From Verrucomicrobiota bacterium (GTDB lineage Bacteria > Verrucomicrobiota > Verrucomicrobiia > Limisphaerales > SXTU01), in contig JBDKJY010000011.1 in NCBI GenBank assembly GCA_039796295.1, positions 93,157 to 157,156 of the forward strand: DNA of 64,000 nucleotides, read 5' to 3'. The notes below the pieces were generated by a model. It was not told where the DNA came from. It made no database searches and saw nothing but the letters and a program-made list of their open reading frames with translations. This document shows, piece by piece, positions 52,036 through 64,000 of the stretch (position 1 is its first letter; each line of letters begins with the position of its first letter). The translations under genes and the position numbers were made by a program.

Positions 52036-53504
52036 ACCCCCTCCACGACTACCTCCTCCACCAGACCCGCCGCCAGTTCTTCCGCGCCGCCGGCTTGAGC
52101 GCTGGCTCGCTCGCGATGGCCACGATGATGCGCGACGCCGCCGGTGCGCCGACCAAGTCCAGCGGCCCCCGTGTCCATCCCGCAGTCCCCGGCCTGCCGC
52201 ACTTCGCGCCGAAGGCGAAGCGGCTGATTTACCTGCACTTGAACGGTGGGCCGTCGCAGATAGACACGTTGGATTACAAGCCGCAGCTCGAGGCGCACTT
52301 CGACAAGGATTTGCCCGAGTCCGTCCGCAAGGGCCAGCGCATCACCACGATGACCAGCGGTCAGGCGCGGCTGCCGGTCGCGCCCTCGATGTTCAAGTTC
52401 GCCCAGCACGGCAAGGCGGGGACGTGGTTCAGCGAGTTGCTGCCGCACACCGCCAAGATGGCCGACGACATGACCGTCATCCGCAGCATCCACACCGAGG
52501 CCATCAACCACGACCCGGCCTGCACGTTCGTCATGACCGGCAGCGAGGTCGCCGGCCGCGCGAGCCTCGGCTCGTGGTTGAGCTACGGCCTGGGCAGCGA
52601 GAACAATGATTTGCCCAGCTTCGTCGTCCTCACGCCGAGTTGGTCCAGCGGCGCGGCGGCGCAGGCGCTCTTCACGCGCATGTGGCAGAGCGCGTTCCTG
52701 CCGACGCGGCACAACGGCGTCGCGCTCCGCAGCGGCGCGGACCCGGTGCTCTACATCCAGAACCCGCCCGGCGTCGCCGCCGACAACCGCCGCTCCATGC
52801 TCGACGGCCTCGGCAAGCTCAACGCGATGAACCACGCGCGCTTCGGCGACCCCGAGACGGTCACGCGCATCGCGCAGTATGAGATGGCCTTCCGCATGCA
52901 GACCAGCGTGCCGGAGTTGGTGGACTTGAAGAGCGAGCCCAAGCACATCATCGAGCGCTACGGCCCGGACGTGACCAAGCCCGGCACCTTCGCCCACAGC
53001 GCTTTGCTCGCGCGCCGCCTCGCCGAGCGTGACGTGCGCGTGGTGCAGATTCTCCATCGCGGCTGGGACCAGCACGGCAACCTGCCCAAGGACATCAAGG
53101 CCCAGTGCAACGACGTGGACCAGCCGACTTACGCCTTGCTCACCGACCTCAAGGAGCGCGGTCTGCTGAAGGACACGCTCGTCGTCTGTGGCGGCGAGTT
53201 CGGGCGCACGGTCTATTCGCAGGGCACGCTCAAGAAGGACCAGTATGGCCGCGACCATCACCCGCGGAACTTCTGCATGTGGATGGCCGGCGGCGGCGTG
53301 AAGGGCGGCGCGGTCTACGGCGAGACCGACGACTTCAGCTACAACGTGGTGAAAGACCCCGTCCACCTGAACGACCTCAACGCCACGCTCCTGCACCTGA
53401 TGGGCGTGGACCACCTGAAGCTCACCTTCAAGCACCTCGGCGTGGACATGCGCCTCAGCGGCCTGGAGCGCGAGGCGGAGATTGTGAAGGGTGTGTTGGC
53501 GTGA
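52032..53504 (+). CDS. DUF1501 (sulfatase-like) protein with twin-arginine signal
   Basis: ATG 52032. [45 protein letters not shown]. Confidence 0.85.
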   Translation: MNPLHDYLLHQTRRQFFRAAGLSAGSLAMATMMRDAAGAPTKSSGPRVHPAVPGLPHFAPKAKRLIYLHLNGGPSQIDTLDYKPQLEAHFDKDLPESVRKGQRITTMTSGQARLPVAPSMFKFAQHGKAGTWFSELLPHTAKMADDMTVIRSIHTEAINHDPACTFVMTGSEVAGRASLGSWLSYGLGSENNDLPSFVVLTPSWSSGAAAQALFTRMWQSAFLPTRHNGVALRSGADPVLYIQNPPGVAADNRRSMLDGLGKLNAMNHARFGDPETVTRIAQYEMAFRMQTSVPELVDLKSEPKHIIERYGPDVTKPGTFAHSALLARRLAERDVRVVQILHRGWDQHGNLPKDIKAQCNDVDQPTYALLTDLKERGLLKDTLVVCGGEFGRTVYSQGTLKKDQYGRDHHPRNFCMWMAGGGVKGGAVYGETDDFSYNVVKDPVHLNDLNATLLHLMGVDHLKLTFKHLGVDMRLSGLEREAEIVKGVLA

Positions 53505-53562
53505 AGGCTGTTCAGCCGACCGCCAGCTTGCCAAAGCAGCGACGCTGGCAAACCTTGGCTGC

Positions 53563-54756
53563 ATGAAGAAAGTATTCTGGCTGCTGGCGGTCGTGGTGCT
53601 CTGCCTGACCTTGGTAGTGGCACACGCGGCGCAACCGGCCGCCGCCGCGAAACCCGCGCCCAAACCCACGCCGGGCATGGACGTCGCGCACAGCATCACC
53701 ACCATCACAGGCGTCGCCATCTCGCCGCTGCTGGGCGCGAGCGCTTACGGCGCGTTCAAGTGGTTCAAGACCGACGCCAGCCAGCGCGACAAGTTGCCGT
53801 GGTTCGCCCAAGTCTGGTTCTGGCTCCCGGCCCTCGCGCTCGTCTGCGTGGTCGCGCTCAAGGACGCCAGCGGCGTCGTGGTGCCCACTGCGCTCAAGAA
53901 GCCGCTCGATGTCGCCGAGGCGTTGGAGAACAAGGTCAGCGGCCTCGTCGCCGCTGGCGCCTTCGTGCCCATCATCGCCAGCGTGTTCGGCTCCGATGTG
54001 GTGAAGGAGGCGGTCGCCGGCAATCAGATGTTCGCTTCGCTCGGTCTTTCCGGCGTCCTCAACGTGCTCATGGTTCCCTTCGCCATCATCGCCTTCGCCG
54101 TGGTCTGGCTCGCCGCCCACGCCATCAACATGCTCATCCTTATCAGCCCCTTCGCCACGGTGGACGCAGGGCTGAAGGCGTTCCGCACCTTCCTGCTCTC
54201 CACCGTCGCGGTCACCGGGTTCGCGAGTCCGATGGTCGGCTTGGTCTGGTCGGTCATCATTATTATCGCGAGCTACTTCCTCGCGGGCTGGTCGTTCCGG
54301 ATTGCGGTCTGTGGCACGCAATTCATCTGGGACCACCTCACGTTTGGGCGCACGCGCTTCCAGCCGGATGCGAAGGGCAACGCCATGTTCCTCGCGCGGG
54401 AGATGGAGAAAGTTCCCATCCGCACCTACGGCACGCTCGCCCGCACGGACGCCGGTGAACTGGTCTTCACCTACCGCCCCTGGCTCGTCCTCGCGCCGCG
54501 CACTCTCACGCTGCCGAAGGCGACCTACGCCGTGGGTAAGGGCATTCTCCACAGCCAAATCGTCACGGTGAACGGGGAGGAACACACCGCCACCTTCACG
54601 CTCCCACCGCGCTACAGCACACACGAGGAAGCGCTCTCGCAAGTCTATGGCTGGGGCGCGACCACGGACGTGGGCATTGTCGCCGGGCTGAAGGCCATCG
54701 GGCGGTTCATCAGCGAACTTTGCGGCTTCGGGGCGAAGCCGGCGGTGGCGGGGTAA
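53563..54756 (+). CDS. Multi-pass membrane protein of unknown function with soluble C-terminal domain
   Basis: ATG 53563 with signal-like MKKVFWLLAVVVLCLTLVVAHA. Several hydrophobic spans, then a ~130-aa soluble tail. Confidence 0.6.
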   Translation: MKKVFWLLAVVVLCLTLVVAHAAQPAAAAKPAPKPTPGMDVAHSITTITGVAISPLLGASAYGAFKWFKTDASQRDKLPWFAQVWFWLPALALVCVVALKDASGVVVPTALKKPLDVAEALENKVSGLVAAGAFVPIIASVFGSDVVKEAVAGNQMFASLGLSGVLNVLMVPFAIIAFAVVWLAAHAINMLILISPFATVDAGLKAFRTFLLSTVAVTGFASPMVGLVWSVIIIIASYFLAGWSFRIAVCGTQFIWDHLTFGRTRFQPDAKGNAMFLAREMEKVPIRTYGTLARTDAGELVFTYRPWLVLAPRTLTLPKATYAVGKGILHSQIVTVNGEEHTATFTLPPRYSTHEEALSQVYGWGATTDVGIVAGLKAIGRFISELCGFGAKPAVAG

Positions 54757-54768
54757 CTCCTTTTCTTC

Positions 54769-56277
54769 ATGCGCTTCTCTTCGCTTCGACTCTCACTGCT
54801 GCTCGCCTCGCTCGCCCTCGCCCTCACTGGCTGCCAGCGCAGCGAGAAGGAGGAACTGCTCTTTAAGTCCGATGAGCGCTATCTGCCGATGGTCGGCAAG
54901 CCCACCCCACCCCTGAAGTTCAAGGCCCTCGACGGCCGCGAGGTGGACTTGGAGAAGCTGCGTGGCAAGGTCGTCCTCCTCGACTTCTGGGCGACCTGGT
55001 GTCCGCCGTGCATCGAGGAAATCCCCCGCGTCCGCGCCGCCTACGAGCGCTTCAACAAGGAGGGTTTCGAAATTGTCGGCGTCAGCTTCGATGCCGACCG
55101 GCAGCGGCTGGAGGACGTGGTGAAACGCGAGAACATCCAGTGGCCGCAATACTTCGACGGCGGTGGGAAGGACTCCGCGCCGGGCAAGGATTTCGGCATC
55201 CGCCACTGGCCGAGCATGTGGTTGTTGGACCGCAACGGCGTCATCCGCTACATCAGCGCTGGCGCGGGCTTGGAGCGGAAAATTGCCGAACTGCTCAAGA
55301 CCAGCGCCAACCCCGTCACCGCCGCGCGCGGCGTCTTCGAAAACAAAGCCGCGCTCGACCGCAGCGGAGACGAACCCGCGAAGCCAGCCGTCGCGACGCA
55401 CCCGCCCGGCGGCCCCATCTCGCCGCCCGGGGCACCGCAGGACGCGGTCTACTTGCAGTGGCTGGGCAAGCCCTTCCCCGCGCTCAAGTTCACCGCCATT
55501 GATGGCCGGCAGGTGGACACCGACAAGCTGCGTGGACGTGTGCTGCTGATTGATTTCTGGGCGACGTGGTGCCCGCCGTGCATGGCGGAGATTCCGAACG
55601 TGAAGGCGGCCTACGAGCGTTACCATCGGCTCGGCTTCGACATCATTGGGGTCAGTGCGGACGAGTCGAAGGCGGACTTGGAACGCGTCGTGAAGGCGCA
55701 GGGTATGGCGTGGCCGCAGCACTTCGAAGGGCGCAGCGGTGAGGTGCCGAACCTGCGCCGCTACGGCGTGCAGCACTTCCCGACGATGTGGCTCGTGGAC
55801 CAGCAGGGCATCATCCGCGACGTGACCGGAGGGGTGGCGCTCCACGAGAAAGTGGCGCGCCTGCTCGGCGAAAGCGGGGCCACGCCGCTGGCCGCTGCAG
55901 AAGCGACCAAGGCGAACCCGCCCGCCGGTGCGGAACTGCTCCCGCGCACGAACGCGCCCGCCAGCGCAAAGCCCGCCGCCGCAACTACCGTCGCGCCCAC
56001 CGCCAATGTCCCGGCCCCAACGGCTTCTGCTGCGCGTGGCCCCGAGAGCAAGCTCGGCGACCATCCCATCAGCGTGAAGAACATCACCATCACCTCGAAG
56101 CGCAACACGGCCTTGCTGCAAATTGGGCCGACGACTTACACCGTTTCGCCCGGCACGGAACTCGTCTTCCCGTCCGGCGGCGTGCAGCGGAAGGCCAGTT
56201 GCACCGCCGTGGAGCGCAGCGCCGTGGTGCTGGCCATTGAGGGGCAAGCGGAGCCGCTGCGGTTGCTGCTGCCGTAG
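54769..56277 (+). CDS. Lipoprotein with two tandem TlpA/ResA-like thioredoxin domains
   Basis: Lipobox LALTGC. Duplicated blocks VVLLDFWATWCPPCIEEIP and VLLIDFWATWCPPCMAEIP. Confidence 0.8.
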   Translation: MRFSSLRLSLLLASLALALTGCQRSEKEELLFKSDERYLPMVGKPTPPLKFKALDGREVDLEKLRGKVVLLDFWATWCPPCIEEIPRVRAAYERFNKEGFEIVGVSFDADRQRLEDVVKRENIQWPQYFDGGGKDSAPGKDFGIRHWPSMWLLDRNGVIRYISAGAGLERKIAELLKTSANPVTAARGVFENKAALDRSGDEPAKPAVATHPPGGPISPPGAPQDAVYLQWLGKPFPALKFTAIDGRQVDTDKLRGRVLLIDFWATWCPPCMAEIPNVKAAYERYHRLGFDIIGVSADESKADLERVVKAQGMAWPQHFEGRSGEVPNLRRYGVQHFPTMWLVDQQGIIRDVTGGVALHEKVARLLGESGATPLAAAEATKANPPAGAELLPRTNAPASAKPAAATTVAPTANVPAPTASAARGPESKLGDHPISVKNITITSKRNTALLQIGPTTYTVSPGTELVFPSGGVQRKASCTAVERSAVVLAIEGQAEPLRLLLP

Positions 56278-56289
56278 CTGCGCGCCGGG

Positions 56290-59370
<3,081 letters not shown>

Positions 59371-59533
59371 AGGGCGGGGAGTATTGGTGAAGCGCGGAAG
59401 GGTGGGCAATGGCGGAGTTGGTGCGGAGAAACGCCGTGGGGCGGGGAAAAATCAGTTGAGACGGACCCCGGCGCGTGGCTACCTTCGTGCCGAATCACGA
59501 GCGGTTGCAGTGGCCCGCCCGGATTCGGCAATC

Positions 59534-59905
59534 ATGCAGACGCGCATGTCAACGCACCCGAATGGAGTTCAACGAGCCGCACGGGCCTATACGCTCATGG
59601 AGATCATGATCGTCGCCGCAGCCGTCGGCATCATGGTCCTGATTACGATGCCGAGTTTTCTCAAGGAACGCGCCACCACCCACCAACGGGCTTGCCGGAA
59701 GCAATTGCGCCACCTCTCGGCGATCAAGCAGCAGTGGGGCAACGAGCACAAGCGGCCGGCCGCCGCCACGCCGACGCCAGCACAGCTCCAGATTTATTTC
59801 GACAAGCACCGGATGCCCGTCTGTCCCAGTCGGGGCACCTACACCCTGCGCCAGTTGAATCTGGAGCCGACCTGCACCCGCGCCGCGCTGGGTCACACGT
59901 TCTGA
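59534..59905 (+). CDS. Prepilin-type N-terminal cleavage/methylation-like protein (pseudopilin-like)
   Basis: ATG 59534. RAYTLMEIMIVAAAVGIMVLI resembles the (G)FTLIEL.VV hydrophobic pilin N-terminus, with Ala instead of Gly at the cleavage position. Confidence 0.6.
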   Translation: MQTRMSTHPNGVQRAARAYTLMEIMIVAAAVGIMVLITMPSFLKERATTHQRACRKQLRHLSAIKQQWGNEHKRPAAATPTPAQLQIYFDKHRMPVCPSRGTYTLRQLNLEPTCTRAALGHTF

Positions 59906-59992
59906 ACCCGCGCCCCACTGCGCCCGGCGCTGCCCGCTCCCGGTGAATTTCTCCGTTTCCACTTCCCGTCCACTCTGCTCGAATTGAAACCT

Positions 59993-60904
59993 ATGAATCG
60001 CCTTCTCGCCTCCGCTTGCGTCCTTGCGACGCTGGTCACCACCGTCTCCGCCGCCGCCCCCAAGCCGCTGCGCGCCCTCATCATTGCGGGCGGCTGCTGT
60101 CACGACTACGCGTTGCAGCCGATGATCCTCAAGGAAGGCCTCGAAGCCCGCGCCCACATCGAAGTGGATTACGTCGTCGCCGTGGACGCGGCCCAGAAGC
60201 CTGACCGTTCCACCAAGGCGAAGTTCGAGAAGTATGAAAAGCCCGATTGGGCCAAGGGCTACGACGTCATCATCCACGACGAATGCAGCGCGGATGTGAA
60301 GGACTTGCCCTACGTGAACAACATCCTCGCCGCGCACAAGGCCGGCGTCGCCGCCGTGAACCTCCACTGCGCCATGCACAGCTACCGCGTCGGCCAGTTC
60401 CGCGACCCCGTCCAGCCTGGCTCGCCCGACGCGCTGTGGTTCGACCTCCTCGGCCTCCAGTCCACCGGTCACGGCCCGCAGGTGCCCATCCAAGTGACCA
60501 TCATTAACAAGGACAACGCCATCACCAAGTCGCTCGCCGACTGGACCACGATCAACGAGGAGCTTTACAACAACGTCAAAATCTTCCCCACGGCCATCCC
60601 GCTGATGAAAGGCAAGCAGGTCATCAAGCAAAAGGACGGCACCGAGAAGGAAGTCGAGTCCGTCGTCACCTGGGGGAACCTCTACGGCAAGACGCGCGTG
60701 TTCAGCAGCACCCTAGGCCACAACAACGCCACCGTCGGCGACCCCCGCTACCTCGACATGGTCACGCGCGGCCTGCTCTGGAGCTGCGACAAGCTGAACG
60801 ACACCTACCTCAAGCCCACGCCCAAAGACCCCGTCCCGCCCACCGCGAAGCCCTTCATCGAGAAGGCTGCTGCGGACGCCAAGAAGTCGGCTGAGAAGAA
60901 GTAA
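59993..60904 (+). CDS. ThuA-domain (trehalose-utilisation-like) secreted protein
   Basis: ATG 59993 with signal peptide. ALIIAGGCCHDY, VNLHCAMHSY, FSSTLGHN. Confidence 0.7.
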   Translation: MNRLLASACVLATLVTTVSAAAPKPLRALIIAGGCCHDYALQPMILKEGLEARAHIEVDYVVAVDAAQKPDRSTKAKFEKYEKPDWAKGYDVIIHDECSADVKDLPYVNNILAAHKAGVAAVNLHCAMHSYRVGQFRDPVQPGSPDALWFDLLGLQSTGHGPQVPIQVTIINKDNAITKSLADWTTINEELYNNVKIFPTAIPLMKGKQVIKQKDGTEKEVESVVTWGNLYGKTRVFSSTLGHNNATVGDPRYLDMVTRGLLWSCDKLNDTYLKPTPKDPVPPTAKPFIEKAAADAKKSAEKK

Positions 60905-61138
60905 TCCGGGCCGTCTGACGCCAGCCAACGACCGCCCAGTAGCGCGGCGCGCAGAGCGGGCTGGAGCGGCAGGTTCATGGTGCGGTGAGCCGTGCTTGCC
61001 AACCGCCTTGTGAATCCGCCCGGTCCAGCAGCAAGCAGACGGAAATGCGGCTTGAGCAGGCGGTTCGTCTGGGCTTAGGGTGGGTTTATCAGTCCTCAGG
61101 CTTGCTGTGATTCAACGGTTTGTCGGCTGCTACTGCTT

Positions 61139-63106
61139 ATGAAACCAAGAAACTTCTTCCCGGGATTCTTCACCTTCGCCGTCTTCGCTGGTTTGCTCGC
61201 CGGGGCCACAGTGCAGGCGGCAGATGTGCGGCAGTATGTTCTGCTCAAGGGCCAGAGCTTCACGCAGACCAGCGCCACGACGACCAGCCCGAGCGGGGTG
61301 GACTACTTTCAGTTCCAGTGCTTCGTGGAGCCGCAGACCAACGGCGCGGTGACGAACATGACACTCACCAAACCCGGCCCGGTGCTGGTGCCAGTGCCTC
61401 CGAACGACGGGAAATTTGCCCTGGAACAGTCGTTCAGCTCTCAAGCCGCCCTCGACGCCGCCTTCCCCAACGGCACTTACACGCTAACACTCCAGACCAT
61501 CAATGACGGCACGCGCAACCCCACGTTGTCACTGACGGGGGACGCCTACCTGGCCACGCCGCACATCAGCAACTTCGCTGAAGCTCAGGCCGTGGTCCCG
61601 CCCAATGACTTCACGCTCACCTGGGATGCCTTGGGCGGCACGGTGAGCGACTACGTCTCGCTGGAGCTGCGCGATGACGCGGACCACACGGTCGTCAGTT
61701 CCCCGGGCTTTGGACAGCCGGGCGCGCTCAATGGCACGTCCACCTCCTTCTTCATCAAGGGCCGCACGCTCCGGCCCGGCAAGGTGTATCAAGGCGAACT
61801 GTTCATCGCACATTCCCTCCAAGCGCCCGACCAAGCCAGCTACCCCGGAGCCACCGGCATCGCGGCCTACACCAAAAGCCTGAAGTTCACGGTGACCACC
61901 ACCGGCACGCCCACGGGACCGGCACTCGGGCAGTTTGACCTCGTCTTCAACTTCAACCAAGGCACCTTCGACGGCACCAACGGCACCATCCCGTTCCCGC
62001 AGCCCTTGGCTTACTACTTCGCCCTCTACAACATCCAGAACGACACGGGCTACCCGACCTCCGTCGTGTTCACCGGGCCGGGCGGCTCGGGACTGACCAA
62101 TGTGCCCAGCCAAGTCAACGGGTCGAGCTTCGGCGACTCGGCTTTTTACTCTTCGCCGCAGGTGAACTTCTCGCCTGCCAACCTGTCCCCGGGAGCCATC
62201 TTCTCGCCCACGCCACCGTCCGGCGGCATCTACACGGTGAACTACAAGGGCAACGCCCAGCAGTTCAACCTGCTCGACCCGCGTTCAGCGGACCAACAGA
62301 TCCTCGTGGTCCCGACCGTCGTGCTGTCCCCGACCGACACCGTCCAGGAAATCCGCTGGACCTACAAAACCACCAACGGCACGCCCGTCGCCCCGCCGGC
62401 GTTCATGGAGCGCATTGAGATTCGTGTGAACGGGGCCAATGGCGGGCGGCTCTACGACGTCGGCCAGAACGACGACCAGCGCATCCTCCCCGCCACCACC
62501 AACCACACCGTGATCGGCTCCGTGGCGTGGACGAATGTGAGTTCCATCCAGATGGTGTTCCGCGACACCCCGGGCAACCAATACGTGAGCTACTGGAATC
62601 GCGCCCCCCAGCCCTTGGAGATCACCACGGCCAATCTGCCCAACGCCCTGCAAGGCTCGCCCTACAACTTCCTCCTCAGCAGCGCGGGCGGCACGCAGCC
62701 GGTCAACTGGAGCCTGACGTCGGGCTTCCTGCCCAGCGGCCTGAACCTGATGCCCGGCACCGGCGAGATCAGCGGCACTCCCGGTGAGAACGGCACTTTC
62801 TCCGTCACCTTCCGGGCGATGGACAGCGCCACCGCCGTCACCAACCGCACGCTGTCCTTGACGGTGCAAGCCGGGAGCTTTCCCGCTCCCACCTTCACCA
62901 ACGCCTTCGTGTCCCCGAGTCGGCAGCTCCAAGCCCAGATCATTACCGTCAGCAACCAAACCTACTCGCTCGAAAGCTCCACCGACCTTGTCCACTGGGT
63001 GCTGCGGCATACTTTCACCGCCACCAGCAACCTAAGCGGAGTGGTTGATCCCGATTCGGTGACGCAATCCCCCCGGCAGTTTTACCGCCTGCGCATCGGG
63101 CGCTGA
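61139..63106 (+). CDS. Secreted beta-rich protein with Ig-like domain and PVC-type C-terminal sandwich
   Basis: Signal peptide. LPNALQGSPYNFLLSSAGGTQPVNWSLTSGFLPSGLNLMPGTGEISGTP (putative Ig pattern). Tail SSTDLVHW...RQFYRLRI. Confidence 0.7.
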   Translation: MKPRNFFPGFFTFAVFAGLLAGATVQAADVRQYVLLKGQSFTQTSATTTSPSGVDYFQFQCFVEPQTNGAVTNMTLTKPGPVLVPVPPNDGKFALEQSFSSQAALDAAFPNGTYTLTLQTINDGTRNPTLSLTGDAYLATPHISNFAEAQAVVPPNDFTLTWDALGGTVSDYVSLELRDDADHTVVSSPGFGQPGALNGTSTSFFIKGRTLRPGKVYQGELFIAHSLQAPDQASYPGATGIAAYTKSLKFTVTTTGTPTGPALGQFDLVFNFNQGTFDGTNGTIPFPQPLAYYFALYNIQNDTGYPTSVVFTGPGGSGLTNVPSQVNGSSFGDSAFYSSPQVNFSPANLSPGAIFSPTPPSGGIYTVNYKGNAQQFNLLDPRSADQQILVVPTVVLSPTDTVQEIRWTYKTTNGTPVAPPAFMERIEIRVNGANGGRLYDVGQNDDQRILPATTNHTVIGSVAWTNVSSIQMVFRDTPGNQYVSYWNRAPQPLEITTANLPNALQGSPYNFLLSSAGGTQPVNWSLTSGFLPSGLNLMPGTGEISGTPGENGTFSVTFRAMDSATAVTNRTLSLTVQAGSFPAPTFTNAFVSPSRQLQAQIITVSNQTYSLESSTDLVHWVLRHTFTATSNLSGVVDPDSVTQSPRQFYRLRIGR

Positions 63107-63250
63107 AAGGTAGCGCGGCCCGACCATCCCTCCGTTCACCATCTGTTTCCCCACCCACCGGTGCGGCCATGAGCGGTGGCGCGAGGGGGTAGCTGGGTTT
63201 CCCGCACAATGCCCGCTTGCTCCGTTTTCCGCGCCGGTTAGGCTGCGTCC

Positions 63251-64000
63251 GTGACTTTCCTTCGACCCCGGTTTCAGCGCGCCTGCGCAAGCCTCGGCTC
63301 CACGCTGTCGCTCGCGACGCTTGCCATCTGCCTGCCCCTCGCTGCCGCTGAGAATGCCCAACCCAAACCCGCCGTGTCCACGAACCCGCCTGCCGCCCAC
63401 GCCCACACTAACCGCCTCGCACAGGAGAAGTCGCCTTACCTGCGCCAGCACATGCACAACCCCGTGGACTGGTATCCGTGGGGCGAAGCGGCGTTCAAGA
63501 AAGCGCGCGACGAGGGCAAGCCCATCCTCCTCTCCATCGGTTACTCCACCTGCCACTGGTGTCACGTCATGGAGCGCGAGTCGTTCGAGGACGAGAAGGT
63601 CGGTGCGTTCATGAGCAAGCACTTCGTCGCCATCAAGCTGGACCGCGAGGAACGTCCAGACGTGGACAAGATTTACATGACCGCCGTCCAGGCGATGGGC
63701 CAGGGCGGCGGCTGGCCGCTGAATGTCTTTCTGACGCCGGACCTGAAGCCCTTCTACGGCGGCACCTACTTCCCACCGGAGCCGAAGTTTGGGCGGCCCA
63801 GCTTCCTCCAGTTGCTCGGGCGCATCTCGGAGTTGTGGGTCGAGAAGCGCAAAGACCTCACGGAGAGCGCCGGGCAAATCGCCGAGCAGCTCAAGAGCCT
63901 CGGCGAACATGAACCGAACAAGGACGCCGTCCTCGCGCCCGTCGTCCTGACCAACGCGCTCAAGCGCATGACGGCGGAATACGACCCACGCCACGGCGGC
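63251..64000 (+). CDS. Thioredoxin-domain protein, DUF255/YyaL family (3' end beyond window)
   Basis: Not in the ORF track because the frame is still open at the window end. GTG 63251 with signal-like N-terminus. [36 protein letters not shown]. Confidence 0.75.
   Translation, partial: MTFLRPRFQRACASLGSTLSLATLAICLPLAAAENAQPKPAVSTNPPAAHAHTNRLAQEKSPYLRQHMHNPVDWYPWGEAAFKKARDEGKPILLSIGYSTCHWCHVMERESFEDEKVGAFMSKHFVAIKLDREERPDVDKIYMTAVQAMGQGGGWPLNVFLTPDLKPFYGGTYFPPEPKFGRPSFLQLLGRISELWVEKRKDLTESAGQIAEQLKSLGEHEPNKDAVLAPVVLTNALKRMTAEYDPRHGG

Overview
High-GC chromosomal segment, roughly 60-65% GC by eye. Its gene families point to the PVC superphylum, most likely Verrucomicrobiota: a PSCyt/DUF1549/DUF1553 + DUF1501 pair, a PVC-type heme-binding 'membrane-bound dehydrogenase' protein and a prepilin-like protein. 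All family calls come from motif recognition by eye; no searches were run.

Layout:
- 1-10.6 kb: glycan-modification locus. A methyltransferase and a hypothetical gene are followed by one 3,012-codon ORF that fuses six glycosyltransferase modules, an FkbM methyltransferase and TPR blocks. Its linkers carry in-frame palindromic repeat elements.
- 10.6-19.3 kb: cytoplasmic signalling island. Four tightly coupled genes (REC-PAS-HK, REC-HDOD, REC-degenerate HD-GYP, HDOD) are followed by a divergent hybrid HK and a CheY-like regulator.
- 19.4-22.1 kb (minus): SAM-I riboswitch, then a ThrC-like enzyme, a GG-terminated ThiS/MoaD-like sulfur carrier, a NIL-domain protein and DUF309.
- 22.3-36.6 kb (minus): complex I operon nuoB-N with no nuoA. 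It is interrupted by an AT-richer orphan gene between nuoI and nuoJ and by an opposite-strand tRNA-Gln between nuoE and nuoF. A TGTGA-N6-TCACA site lies upstream.
- 36.9-47.8 kb: PVC heme-binding protein, hicBA, sugar-phosphate isomerase, a 29-bp-stem hairpin, a 21-bp tandem palindrome array, nrdR, a MITE-like element, DUF1275, HIT, amidohydrolase, pyrD and a secreted protein.
- 47.9-56.3 kb: DUF1553/DUF1501 pair split by two paralogous small membrane genes, then an unknown membrane protein and a tandem TlpA-like lipoprotein.
- 56.3-64 kb: an enlarged leuS, a pilin-like gene, ThuA, a secreted Ig-like protein and a partial DUF255 thioredoxin-domain gene.

Recurrent theme: short-period (7-8 nt) tandem repeats and hairpin elements occur in intergenic DNA and also in frame inside leuS, pyrD and the giant ORF. 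No CRISPR array, rRNA, integrase, transposase or recognisable defence system was seen.
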